From: Rotaria socialis | Lineage: Eukaryota | Length of the DNA: 64,000 nucleotides | NCBI GenBank assembly: GCA_905331295.1 | Contig: CAJNYD010000005.1 | Location: 124,001 to 188,000 of the forward strand | Direction: 5' to 3' | In this document: positions 22,306-36,027 of the stretch, piece by piece | Position numbering within the stretch: the stretch's first letter is position 1 | Layout: every line of letters begins with the position of its first letter | Translations under genes and position numbers: made by a program | Notes under the pieces: generated by a model | The model's input: the letters and a program-made list of their open reading frames with translations, nothing else | The model's database searches: none | What the model was told of the DNA's origin: nothing

Positions 22306-25300
22306 TTATAATAAAAGAGAGAATTAAATATTTTGATATGGTTCTATATAAAATGTTTGGAACGAGCACATTCATCAATACCGGTTATCATCGATTCAAC
22401 AAATTTAATAGAGTATAATCAATCGAGTATATTTAAGAAAATAAACCTTTAGTTTACTTTTGTTGACTATTCAATTTCTGTTTAGAATTCTGTGCAGTTA
22501 ATTCAAGTGTCGCAGCAGATATCGTACAAGAAACACCATCGAAACGCTTGAAGAAACTATTTCATAATATAATGTTAGTAGCATCATTTGAATTGGAAAT
22601 GGAATGGTCAATAACACATAAACATGGATTAGGACTTAGTAACACTAACACACGAAAACAATGTTTAAATATTTGCTGTATAAACGCGATTATTCAATGT
22701 CTAGCTAACATTGCTCCATTCGTTCAATGGCTATTAAATAAAGAAATTCATATGTCATGTAAGAGAAACATTTGATAAAATTTGTATCCTGAAGACAATT
22801 CTAACTTGAATAAATATAATCGATGGTATTGGAAAATAGATATTATATGGAAGTAATAAGTTTCATTTCATCATTTCTCATACTTAATACGCCATCGTCT
22901 ACTACTATACTCGTAGAGAATATTATATCTAATCATTTCAAAGAATTCCATCATTTTTTCCATTGAGATTAACAATATCAACTATGCATATTCAAACAAT
23001 ATGTTCGAAGCGAACAACACGTTCGAATGTGTTCTAATTGGTATACACTTCCATACAAACAATTAGCGCAGTACGCTGTGTGTAGTGTAATTGCTCTGGA
23101 ATTATTTCGATATTATTGAGCTTCATCTTCTTTCAAGCGTTGAGAAGTTATTTGAATTTTTCATCCATCCATGTATCTTGGCCGATGAATGTTCGGTAAT
23201 AATGTATCTAAGTTTGTTGAAATTTGTTTAACGAAAATAAATGCACATGTATCCTTTTGTGTTACTTTATTGATTGATATTTAGAGTTAGTAAGTACAAA
23301 TCAGACGAAACTTATATTAGTTTTTTTTTAGTTAAATAGTCGCCTTCATTCGTCGAACAATTGTTTATTTAGTATAATTAAAACAAATTTTGTAATCGTT
23401 CCTAGATATAAATTGTCCGTGATTAATGCATATGATTTATTTCATTCACAGTAAAGAAAAGAGGATTTAAGCATTTGTTTAATTGATTAAAAAATTTAAA
23501 AGTATATCAAGTAAAGTAAAAGATAAAAGGTTTCTTCGATCTTCATGGACAACTACTACAACACATACTACGTGTCACATAGCATGTAGCTTTGATCACT
23601 AATTAATATAATAGTTCAACAACATACGACCAAACAAGTATTCATTGAAAAATTTGAAGTAAGAAGAAATAAGTCGATTGAGAATATGCATCGAACAAGA
23701 AATTTCTTCCAAAGCAACGATAAGTTCTTTTTTACTTTTGTTCCATAACTGTGATGAGCAGAAATCGAAAAATATTCAGAAAATTCCTTCCCAATACGAA
23801 GAAATGAAACACAAGTTTATTTGATATATATATATATATGTATATCAAGTTGAGTAATTCATCAACCATTTTGATTGTTACCCAAAGTATGAAGATATTG
23901 AAAGAATAATTGGCAATTATTTCGCAGTTATACACTATGCTCACTTAACGTTGAATATATTTTAATAGACAGATAATTATAATGTATGAAAAGGATAATA
24001 TTTTAAATCTATTTTTTTTTGTAGGTACATTGATGGAAAACAACGAATTCTGTTCTTGTTGTGTTCTACACTCGGTTATTGAAAGTATTCACAAAAGTAT
24101 TCAAAATTTGTGCGATTCATTTGGTCAATTATCACAAGCATCAGCAGTACTTATGACTCGATATATTACAAAATTATCTTCGAGTTTTATACCTGGCCAT
24201 CAAGAAGATTCTTCTGAATTTTTGGCTGTTCTTTTTGATCATTTAATTCAATGTCTTTCGTCTACGCGTTCATCCGACGCTACAAATTTATCCAGTGCAA
24301 TTCATATCATTTTTGGTATTATATTAGAATCATCAATTAAATGCACACAATGTTTAAATGAAAATAGTAAACAGAGTTATGAACGTTTATGGTCAATTTC
24401 GATTATTTCTTATTTAACACTTGAGCAAGCTCTTGATGAATTCTGTTCAGTAGAAAAATTAACCGGTGATGATCAATTTTATTGCTCAAATTGTCAAGCG
24501 AAAGTGTTAGGACTACAATCAACAAAACTTAATCATGTATCACCTGTTATTTTTATCCAGTTCAAGCGATTTATTTATGATAAACATGTAGAAGTTATTC
24601 GTAAAATAAAACAATTTATTTCATATCCAGAATTGCCTGATATTTCACCATTTCGCACATCAGAAATCGACTAAAGCAAAGTAATGTTGGTTCACAAGTA
24701 TAAATAGAAAAATGATAGGCGAAGATGAACAACTTAAGCGTCTGTATGCTTTAAGCCGTAAGTTTATATTTACATACCTTTACAAAATGTATAAAAATAG
24801 TGATGCGAAATGAAACTCTTTAAACTAAATCGTGCAGTGGAAACTGATAATATATTATATCTTAAGAAATATTCTGTATACTCTTTATTCTATATGTTGA
24901 AGAGTGATGTGCTGTTTATTGAATTTCAATCTATATAATAATAACTATTTCTTTTTTCTTTAGGTATTCTTGTTTTTGAACGTGTGGGATATCAGCATAA
25001 ATCTCATTTCATTCAAGCAATCGTGAAGTGCTCAATTGACCCTCGTAGATTTACACATATGATAGCATTCCACTATGTATTACTCTTCAGCAGTCTTGTT
25101 CAATTATTGAAAATGATAATAAATTTGGTGAATTAAATGATCTTCTTCGTGCTGAAATAAAATCATTTTACTCTTGCCATTTGCGTCATGATAAAAATGA
25201 ATCTCTTTTCACTTTGGTCAAACAAATATTTATTTTTAAAATAAATCGAAATAATGATATTGTCAGTTTTCCAATTGTTGCACGTGCTGATAATCAAACA

Positions 25301-26689
25301 TATCATAAAGAATATTGTTCTTATTGTAACTGTTCAATTAAAAATGTTGAACTACTCGTCCACAAACAAATGTTCATTAAATGTCCAATATATTTAGTAG
25401 TAAGACTGCTTATGAATTTTTTGTTTTGTTTTTTCGTATGAGTAGAAAAATTAACTGATTTAGAATATCATCTTAGAACTTTTCAAAATAAGAAACAAAT
25501 GTTTATTGATATATATGTTGAAAAAAATATGATATCATTTGTTAAATAAAATATTTCTTAAGGTTGTGTCGGTAATACTGACTCGGTATTGCCAGTATGA
25601 TTTATTTTTTTAAAATAAATAAATCAACGATTGGTTGTTAATGTCGTTGTGGATGACTCATGCACTTTCCGTCTCATCATCATCTAGCTAACATTTATAT
25701 ATGCACATGACTGGTACTCAGCAATGAAAGATATCGAACGACTGAAATGATTCTTTTCAACTTGTAATAGACATATTGACCACTGATGAATTTTATAGTT
25801 GAAATATAGTTCCAAAATGTCACTTGAAAAATGTTAGATAGATGCTGTATTCACAATGACTAGAACATATTCTCTCATATTTATAATACTCTAATCTTAT
25901 TCAAGTTATGACTTGTTTATTAAACTGCTGATAAGATACAACAAAAGATACCATTTACCAAAATCAAGCATTTGATCTTACATATTAATAGTTCTTTTAC
26001 AAGATTTTATTTAAATTCATTCAAAATACAATATTCCATAATTGAAATACAGTCAACCTACATCGACGCAAAAATGCTAATGTTGTTTATTGAAAACAAG
26101 GAGATGTAAAAAATTATAATTAATGTTATTAATCGGGATATTATTTACTAGTATTTTATTTATTGTATTATTTAATATATAAAATGCCTTAGTTATTCTT
26201 AAAGAATATTTTTCAAAGATCTTATATATTGCAATTTTGCAATAAGATATTTCTTCCGAATATTGTTATTGAATATGGACGTTACAATTGACTCATATAT
26301 ACCAAAAGCATTTTTACCTTTATTATTTGCCCTTCAATCATTATGCATTCATATACAAGTTACTTCTGATTCTAGAACTTAATATTTTGTTCCATATATT
26401 AAATGAAAATTATTTTGCTGCAAATAGTTAATATTAAACAACAAACATAGACGGTATATGATATTGGTACATGCAAAGTTGTAACCTGTTATAAAAAGAT
26501 TGAATATCAGTCAATCATAGCTTTCCATGAATATTTTGGTCTTGATTATAACGATGATCATAAATGTCAAATATCAGTGGAATTAAGAAATAAATAAAAG
26601 TATACCATCTTGTTTTTGTTTTGCTATTCTTTCACAAATACTTTCGATTAAATTCGATGAAAATAAAAATAAATCATTTTAGATAAAGA

Positions 26690-29600
26690 ATGTCAAATCT
26701 TGTATTTATTTTTGATATAATTTTTTCATGTATTATAACACTAATATTTCTTTACCGTTGTGGTAATTACCGTCGACAACATCCAGTAACAACTGTTGCT
26801 GTATTCATCGCTTGGTTTTTTTCGATTTTAATTGTTTTCATTCTTCCGTTGGATATTTCACTTGTATGAAAAATCATTTTATTTTTAAATTTATTTTAAA
26901 ACTATTTTATTTTAAATTTCAGGCCACTTATCGAGATTGTTTGTCTCATGCACCAGCAACAGTTAAACCAATAATTAACAGTTCAATAGAAGTAAAGATT
27001 TATTTCAATGTTACAATAAAATGAAGAATTTTTATAGAATAACTCGTCAAGTGATGTGTGCCCACGACCATGGTCTTATGTTAATCCAAAGTCATATACA
27101 ATTCTATGGCGTCTTGTTTATTGGACATCACAAGTTCTTACTTGGTATTATATTGAAAAATATTAAAATAAAAGATGAATTTTGTTTTTTTGTTCAAAGG
27201 GTTATTTTACCATTAATGCAATCATTTTGTGAGACAGGTTAATACAATTTCGACAATTTACTTTTGGCATTCTTTTTTCTATTTAAAATATTCTTAGGAG
27301 AATTTTCTATTAAAGGAAAAATTCGATATGCAATCAAAGCAAATTTAATTTTCTATGGAACACTTTTGCTGATATTTGTTATTCTTGTTATTTATGTAGC
27401 AACTAAAGTTAAATTGAATTCATCAAATTTTACGGTAAAAAAAAAATTTTCAACGCACAGCGAAAGAATCGATAAGAAACCATAGAATTTCCTTTTCTAT
27501 TCCTATGATTGTCAATGAAAATGTGATGAGAAAGAAAAGATCAGCTTTGAAAACTTCTAACACAACTGACTTAGTGATTGTATGTGTATAGTGAACAATT
27601 CAAAAGTCTTGAGGTTTATATAAATACTTGACTGGGAATATCTCACTAAGTTTACCAGGCACGAAAGTGCCTTTTTATATTTATAATCTAGAATTACAAT
27701 ACTTTGCTTTTTATTTCGATGGTAAAGTCAGACAAGTTGACGTAATTTAAATAGTTTCATTCCACGATCGGACCTAATTGGATGCATGCATGATTTGAAC
27801 TTATGAAATAACTTTTCCAAAATGTGTGCGGTCAATTATTGAAAGCCAACTGATTTAAACGGCTTCTACATACTCATATTTGCGAAGCGTTTCTTTTCCC
27901 GAGATAGATCGATAGAGCTCGTTGAGCCACCTTGAAACAAATTGTGTTTGAAATAGGAAAATAATATTATTGTGGATGCACTTCGATAAATTATCTTAAC
28001 AGAAAATCAGGAAGATCTAATAAATTGAAAATATGAGAAAAGCATCGAGGCTAATTAGTCTGATTTTGTACTTAACCCTTTACGGTCGGATGTTGTCATT
28101 TGGTAGCATTGTGCCGATATTTTAAGAAAGGTTTAGCTATACTGTGGATAGATAGTGAATCAATAGTTCAATAATTACTACAAGATATTTTAGAACACAC
28201 TCATAGCCCATGAAACAAAACAAAAATGTTCAACTGAGAAAATTGCCGGAGTCCTCCTGAATACTCCCAAAGAACAGCTGAATCATAATAGATATTCTTA
28301 TGGTACCCTCCATCATTCAACCCCACAGATCACTAGTGGTAAATTTCCCCTCCTAGATTTATTATATAATTGTATCACTCAGAGAGATGATTCAATGAGT
28401 ACTGACAATAAGAGATATGAACGTTGCCAAATGGCAACAGCCGGCCGTGAGGGGTCAGCATTTTTGAAAAATCATTTTACGTTTTCGACCATCGTTATTC
28501 GCTATTTTTCGTTTTTTCATTTATTCATACAAGAACAAAGCATACAAAACATATCCGGTGCATTTACATCGCTTTTACTAGCTTTAAATGAAATTTTCTA
28601 TGAAAAAAAGTCAGTATGATAGTATTGCAGCTCTCAATAACTGGTATCGAAGTGGATATTTAATTTACGTATCGGCACGGATGTAGAGAAATCAAAGATC
28701 TACAAGAATACCTATCCTGATGCCAACTAACACAAAAAACCCATAAATCGGCTCTCTCCTTTAGTTCAACGCATGCCAAATTTTTCGCACAAAAGCCGAT
28801 TTGAATCGCAGAGAAACTGTGCAGGCGTATCGTATATATTTTTTTACACTTTTTCTTGAATAATTAAATGAAAGAAACGCAAAATAGTGAATTTCGATGT
28901 TCGAAAACAACAAATGAATTTTTCAAAGTTTTGACTCTTTACGGCCGACTGTTGCCAAATGGCAACATACAGCCGTTCAACATAGAAGCACCGTTCAATT
29001 TTAAGAAATAGTTTTTTGCTATCTCTATGGCAGGATAAGAAAATATATGCAGAAGAAGAGTTTTAACTATGTCGCTTCTGGGAGCCGGCTGGAAAGGGTT
29101 AAGAATTATTTTTGTTTCGCTATCCCTAACTATTGCTTTTAAATAATTTCACATAAGTTCTCTTAAAGTGAAAAATTAATGAAAGTCTTCATGAAAGTGG
29201 TATCTAGTTTTTTCTTAACCATATGGATAGTGATATCAAAAAGAAAAAAAATCTTCGAATTAATATTCAGGCTAACGAGTATTGACACTTTGTTGTGTTT
29301 TAATTGTTATAGATCTTTCTAATTTTTGTTAAGATAATTTATCAAAGTTTGGTCACAATTAAATGAGATTTGAATATTTCAAAAAGTGTCATGTTCAAAA
29401 ATAGCTCGATAAACTTCGCTCAACTATGTCGAACAGTCAACATCGTTCTGATTTCCACTTGTGCCAACATATAAATTATTTTTTCTCTCATTCGTAAAAT
29501 AAAATGTGTATTTGAAATATGAACTTGATTGTGGCTCTCAATCAATGAAAACTTTGAGCAGTAAAAAAGTTTAGTAGAACCATATAGTTCGACAATGTTT

Positions 29601-32315
29601 CAAACAAATCTATCTTAAATTTGAAATAAAAAGATCGAAATTCAATATGCAAAGAGTTTCTCTAGAAGTATCACTATCACTATTATATGATATCCAAATA
29701 ACCCTTGATAGACTCAAAGATATTTAAGATAAACAAGACATTCAATTAGCAATTAAGTATAAAATAATAAATTGATTTAATCATAGGCAACCATAGTAGC
29801 AGCAAGTACAACTTGGGGTCTTTTTCTTCTGGTTTTAATGCTTGGCTATGGCCTTGTTCAAGTTCCATTAAATATATATAATCATTCTCGAACAGCATAT
29901 ATGCTTGCACACACGCAATTCAAATTAGCTCAAATTTTTAATGAAAAAATCAATGTAGAAGAGCGATTAGATTCTCTTGTTGATGACGTGACAAAGTTTT
30001 GTATGGAAATAAAAACTGATGGTCCATTAAGGCGATATCTTGAACAAATAGTTAAAATTGTCCCAGAGCAATACATGAATCGAATTAAATTAACCATTGA
30101 TGACTTTGATAATAATCGAATAGCGATAGCAAATCGCTTTACTGATTCAGAAACAGAAATACAGTTAATTAAATTACACGAACGTTTAAAGAAATATATT
30201 CATGTCCATCACCGTGTACAAGTATTGTGGAGAAGAACGATTAATGAAGCTTTTTATTTAGAAGATATTCTTAATAATGAAAAACATAGAAATCATGAAT
30301 TTATTAAACAAAATCCACATCCACCATCATGGTTACGGCAGAAACTATTTGATCGGCATCCTAAATTAGGTAAAAGATTTGATTTTTAACAAGATTTTAA
30401 CAATTAAGCGTCCCATCTTTTAAGTAGAATGCTTGTTTCATTTTTCAAAATTAAATTTATTCAACTGAAAAAATTCTCACTAAAAATAACTTTTTGTTGA
30501 TCGATGTATCAGTTTGTTCTTTGCTTTGTATATCGCAGATGAATGATGAGAGAAACATATGAAATAGTTTCTTCAGAAGTAAAACTATTAACAATTTTTG
30601 TTTGAGTTTTCAATCGGAATACGGTTACAATTCTCGAAACAACTATGGAATTTTAACTAAAATACATAATTTCATCTCATACTAGATAATTATTTATACA
30701 TAGATTAAATAAAAATTTTAAATACCTAGAAAAATAAAAACATTAACTACCATTATCAAACCATTGAAAGATGCCAACTAATAATAAATGAAGCCTTTTT
30801 CATTCTAAGTCACTGACTAAATCTTAAGGCAAAAATAAATAGTGAAGTAGCATTCAAAAATTTAGCAAAAAAATAAATCTAAGCAGAGAATTCTGGAAAA
30901 AACGCAGATGGCATATAATGGTGCTCCTTTTAGATGAAAAATAATGAAACAACTATTTCTTCTTGCATAAAATTAGATATTTCGGTGTTTTCATACGATA
31001 AACTAAAAAAATACAGATATGTCTCTTGAAACACAGCGTGCAACTGACATTTAGCATTTACGTCTAATTTAGTATTCTTTTTTTCAAAAATTTATCTCTT
31101 TGAACTACACTTAGATCGTGGGTTCCAATGTTTCGATATAACGAGCGTTTTTTCCTCTAAATTTCAGAATGGTATGCATACTGTCTCATTCGTCCATGGG
31201 CATTGCGTCTACTGGGTGTCATACTCGGTATTATATCAATATTGGTTATATGGTCGGAAATGACATTTTTCAGTACAAAACCAGTTTTATCCATCTTTGC
31301 TCAGTGTGTAAATGCTGCTCGTAATCATTATTCCTATTTTACTATTGAAGTAAGATTAATAATTATAAAAATATTATTCAAGAAACGAAGAAAAATTTCT
31401 TTCAATAGGTATTCTGCTGTTTAAGTATTGCATATTTATGTTTATGTGCATATTATACAATATTTCGTATTCGTGTATTAGATTATTTTTATTTGTCACT
31501 TTATCATTTAACAGATGAAAATAGTTTAATATTTGCTGCAACATTTTTATGTCGTTTGACAGCTCCGCTGAGTTACAATTTTCTTGGTATGATACATTTA
31601 GATCAAGCTATTACAAACAAAACTGATCGAGAAGAAACAATATTTACATTAGTAAATATTATATAAAATAGAAATAGATGAAATTTATTTTATTTTCTCT
31701 TAGACCATGGGTCATTTAACTGCAATACCGATTGTATCGATTGGTTTCAATTTTTATTTCCCAATGTTAATATTTTTATTAAGTATCGGTACTTATTTTC
31801 GACTGGGTTCGAGATGTTTACACGTATGTGGCTTTGAACAATTTTTTGATGATGATGATGTCTCATCTGAATACGTGGATGACGGAAAAGATTTAATGAA
31901 CAGAGGTATACGAAACTTTTTTTTTCTCCTTAAATGTGTTTGATCATTAAACTATTTCTTGAAGAACGTCGAAGCTATGGTGAAGGCGATGCATTGTCGA
32001 ACACAACAACCGCTGCACAACGTCTAGATAGAAGAAGAGTTTTAGAAGAAAAATATGGCATTAAATCAGCATCAGCTATGGCAACCAATAATTATTATCG
32101 TCCTAATACTGTGAACTCAGGTTAGAAACTTTTACTTCGGGATTATTAATAACAATATGAATTTTCTAGAAACTCGGCCTCTACTAGCAAGTGCTGGCGA
32201 AGCTTCGATGAATTCTTCACCGAAAATGACCGTTCGTTCCGGTATGTATTCAATTTTAATGGAAAAAAAAGTTTAATACGTTATTTTCTTAGTCACAACA
32301 TTTGTTGGAAGGTAG
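26690..32315 (+). CDS. LMBRD2: LMBR1-domain-containing protein 2
   Basis: LYRCGNYRRQHPVTTVAVFIAWFFSILIVFILPLDIS, CPRPWSYV, LWRLVYWTSQVLTW-VILPLMQSF, ASTTWGLFLLVLMLGYGLVQVP, TDENSLIF...CRLTAPLSYNFLGMIHLD, GFNFYFPMLI, FEQFFDDDD. The last exon is less certain. Confidence 0.92.
28076..29098. mobile_element. piggyBac-like non-autonomous element(s) in an LMBRD2 intron
   Basis: TTAA|CCCTTTACGGTCGG ... CCGGCTGGAAAGGG|TTAA. Further terminus copies occur at 28421-28454 (inverted) and from 28935 (direct), carrying the hairpin GTTGCCA-AA-TGGCAAC. Confidence 0.8.
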
Positions 32316-33598
32316 TAAAACAGAAAAGAGAGAAAAAACTGTTTTTCATTTGTGTGTTTATGCATTGCTCTGCTACTTTCCCACGAATAGAAGTAGACCG
32401 ATTTGCACGCGTGCTTGCTTCTTTTTTTCCAAACTTAATTTCAAAATTGAATTCACTCGTTAATCAATTAAAACACGCTGTAAACAGGCTAAATATTTCT
32501 CCAAGAAACATTTGATCGATCAATGATTGAAATAATAAAAATAATTGCGTGTTATCAATTTGAAAAACATTTTCAACGATATTTTGATACATGCAAATGT
32601 TTTTCATTCTGGTCTTTGACTTAAATATCATACTTAAGAAAATGATTCGTTTTAAGAACGAAAAAGACATTAAATAAAAATTAGCAATTGTATATTCAAC
32701 AGCGTAGAAATGATTTTCGACAAGCGTGATAAAAACATAGATTGATCTGTGTTCTTTCTTGATAGAAATGCTGACAATACGAATTGGCAACGTTCTTTTT
32801 GACAAATTTCGATTACAGTTTAATTTCTTCATTTTTTTATTCTTTGCTATGATCGTAATATACATGTAGATTATATACGGAACGACTAACTAGATGGACG
32901 TACGCGTAAGTTTTATTTCTCTGATGACTGAACTTAGAAATATCTTACCGATCACCGTATGAAATTGAACTTCATCAAATGTAATACTCCTTAATCGTTT
33001 CTGTATCTAGATGGACGTTGCTTTTCATTTTTATACTAGTAGTATTCATATCCATCGAGGAATATGAGGTTATTTCATGACTATTCATCCAGAAGACCTA
33101 AAGTATGATTGCAAACTACGCCAATGAGTACACTTATAAATACTGATGTATACCGTCTCAATATCGATTCTATAAACACTAAATTTCAAGAATGATCAGT
33201 AACTAGAGAATGACTATATTTCGTGATTGATGTTTTTCATGAAAAACAGCAAGATATATCTTTATTGTTTAACATAATTTTTCTTCATTAAAAATTTAAT
33301 TCTAGTTTCTTCTCATCAAATCGGCCCAACTACCAACACATTCACTGATATTTAATTGGCTCCATTCAATAAAATATTACTGCATTTATTGTATATTTTC
33401 CATCTCAACGTTCTTCATTTGTAACCACTCGTAAATAATAACTAAATTTTTCTTACATGTTTTTCATTTTTTTTCATATCGTTTCGTCACTAAATATACA
33501 TGGCAGAATATTATTCTGTTTATTTTTTGCCATTTCTTATCTATTTCTTTACTATTATAATTGTGATACATGGGTCTTTTTTTATATTCTTTTTGAAG

Positions 33599-33956
33599 AT
33601 GAGTGATCCAGTGGATAATAAAACAAACAATTTAAACGCATTACGTGCTGATGTTGCCGAAACAACAAATGTTTTGAAGGTAACTGTTGAAAAACTAGTT
33701 GATCGAGGGGATCGATTAGATGTATTAAATGCACGAGCTGAAGATTTAAATTCATCATCCTATTATTTCCATGGCTCTGCAAGACGCATACAACGAACTA
33801 TGAAATGGCGCAATTATAAAATTACTATTTTTATTGGTAAGTTTGTTTAGAAATGAATTGCAATATACAGAATATGTCTATTTGTTTCTAGTTGTGATCG
33901 TACTCATTGTAATTGGCGTAATTATATTAATCGCACTTCATCCATGGAAAAAATAA
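33599..33956 (+). CDS. Short R-SNARE (synaptobrevin/VAMP family, no longin domain), 2 exons
   Basis: LRADVAETTNVLKVTVEKLVDRGDRLDVLNARAEDL...F...ARRIQRTMKWRNYK, then a TM exon VVIVLIVIGVIILIALHPWKK*. The zero-layer Arg is in DRGD. Confidence 0.9.
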
Positions 33957-35339
33957 TTGAATAATAAGAAATATTAATCAATAATTTTGCTTAACGAGAA
34001 TCATACATCTTCCTTTTTTAATAATCCCATTATCTTTCATTTTCTGTCTTTCAAAATATTTATGGTGTTGAATAATTATTTTATTATTATTGTGAATAAA
34101 CATGAGAAAATTCGTGAAACTAGATTCTGAAAGCATGGTATCACAAAATAATAGCAAAGACAAATATCAGGTTTCTGTTTTTTGTAGGCAAAGATTAGCT
34201 GAAATAGAGGAAAGTTTATTTTGTTGAGATTATTATTCAAAAAGTTACAGAGTCTAATATTATGTTTTATTTTTGAATTAATAAAAAGTGAATTGTGCAT
34301 CAATTTCAAATGAATCTGTAAAAGTCAGTAGAAAGAAAACAAATGATGAGAGAAATGTGATAAAATGCAGTAGAAAAATGAAGTTAATTAATACAAGTCT
34401 ATAGTAAAGATTTGATTAGACACTTGTACAAGACCGAGATTTCCAGTTTTTGTGATGCACATATCTAGATTTGATGCATAGCTACTGTATATTGACGATT
34501 TTTGAAATACAACTTTTCTATGTTTTCGCGACTCTGGCACAGCTTAGAAAGTACGTATATTATCGTATGGAAACACATAATATTCATAGGCGTCATTTTC
34601 TCTTTGATCCATTTAAGTCTCATAAGATTTCTCTAAAGATTACATTCACTGCTATATGATAAAATAATTATAGTTTTGTATACTATTTCTATTTTACAAG
34701 TCTAATAAGTTACACAGGCCTCAACTAGTAAATAGTTGAAACCCTTCAAGCTGATCACAGTAGCATTATATTGTAAAATTTGGACTTGTCAATAATCTTT
34801 TTATGGAATATAACTGTTTGACGTAGCGCCATACGATTGCAAGACAATATTATTCGTCAGTGCCAACATGACGTCAACTGGGAAAAGAACAGTGATTCAT
34901 TCGTTGTATGCATGTGCATGTCTATTTGTTCTCGCTCAAGAAATGTGATGTAAATGAATGAAAGCGATGAAAATCAAAAGCTGACGACTGTACATAAAGG
35001 TAAAACAGTGTCAGATATGATTTACTATTTATTGAAATATTGTTATATTTATCTTATATTTCAAAATAATCAATGCTAGAAAATTTACTCAACAAGGCAG
35101 ATGTCAAAATCGCAAGATTCGATACCTTGCACTATTGAATTATGGCAAATGCATGTTTGGCTTTTGGGAACTCTTTCTGAAATTTTTATTTTGAAAAGAA
35201 TATCTACAGAAGAAAGGATAAACAGATTATAATTTATTCCTGAGTTATCAAACCATTGCCAATACTTCAATAACTTCAACATACATTCAGATTACTTTTC
35301 ACATATAGATCCACTGAAAATAGAACAAAATTAGAGCAA

Positions 35340-36027
35340 GTATGTGCCATATGTATGGAATTGAAGCCATGTGAAGACTTTTAAACATGCTACAGCAGTG
35401 ATTGTAAACATACAATCAGAACGATCTGTGATAATTGTATATATAAATATGTGCACAATAACTAGATTATTGGCTATGATCTTTATTGTCCAGAGTGTTC
35501 TATTCCCTTGTCTCATATGACTGCCAAACTGATTCTTTTCAACTACAAGGATACAAATCTAGAAGAACGTTATACAAAATTTGAACTCGATCGGATTCTC
35601 GAACAAAGTCCCGAACTTGTTTGATGCGCACATGGTTGCGGTTCGAGTCAATTGAATGAAGATGCAACAATGAATAACACTATTCAATGTGCCAATTGTT
35701 ATAAATTAACTTGTTCTACTCATAAATATCGATGAAATGACATGTGAAGAATACGATATGCCTCGCATCAACGGGCAAGTGCGTGCTAGTCAACGCTGGG
35801 TCAGTGTACATACCAAGGTATATCACAAATGTCATTTTCACATTGAGAAAAACGAAGGTTGCGATCATATAACTTGTTTCAAATGCAAACACGAATTCTG
35901 TTGGGAATGTTTAGTTTCTTATTCAAGTATTAAAAGACATGGCGCTTACTTACATAATCTTAAATGCAAACACTATCCTACAACGAACACACGCAGTTTT
36001 TTCAAGCGTATAATCGATCTCTTCTAG
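35340..36027 (+). pseudogene. RBR (RING1-IBR-RING2) E3 ligase pseudogene
   Basis: CAICMELKPCEDF*...CKHTIRTICDNC, CPEC, LV*CAHGCGSSQLNE, CANCYKLTCSTH, IEKNEGCDHITCFKCKHEFCWEC. There are several in-frame stops and a frameshift. Confidence 0.85.

Larger units (their letters stand above)
20989..25430 (+). pseudogene. Decayed multi-exon gene with a ubiquitin-specific protease (peptidase C19) domain
   Basis: Cys box GLSNT...NICCINAIIQCL, GHQEDSSEFL, CTQC...LTGDDQFYCSNC and IQFKRF. The ORF stops at 24672-24674 before any His box. Upstream exons carry an in-frame TAA (21253-21255), two MITE insertions and an apparent frameshift near 22315. Confidence 0.75.

Noticed and set aside
21929..22311. Overlapping ORFs on both strands
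   Set aside because: By-product of the GC-rich MITE at 22010-22305.
25930..26600. Coding-like stretch upstream of LMBRD2
   Set aside because: Multiple stops and no recognisable family. It may be a relic gene, but I cannot support a call.
33500..33598. In-frame hydrophobic N-terminal extension on the R-SNARE (apparent second TM segment)
   Set aside because: T-rich sequence ending in AAG just before the ATG at 33599 is better explained as an intron or outron.
35085..35282. Minus-strand ORF ending in CICH...SCDFDIC (C1/ZZ-like)
   Set aside because: Incomplete ligand set and no supporting exons.
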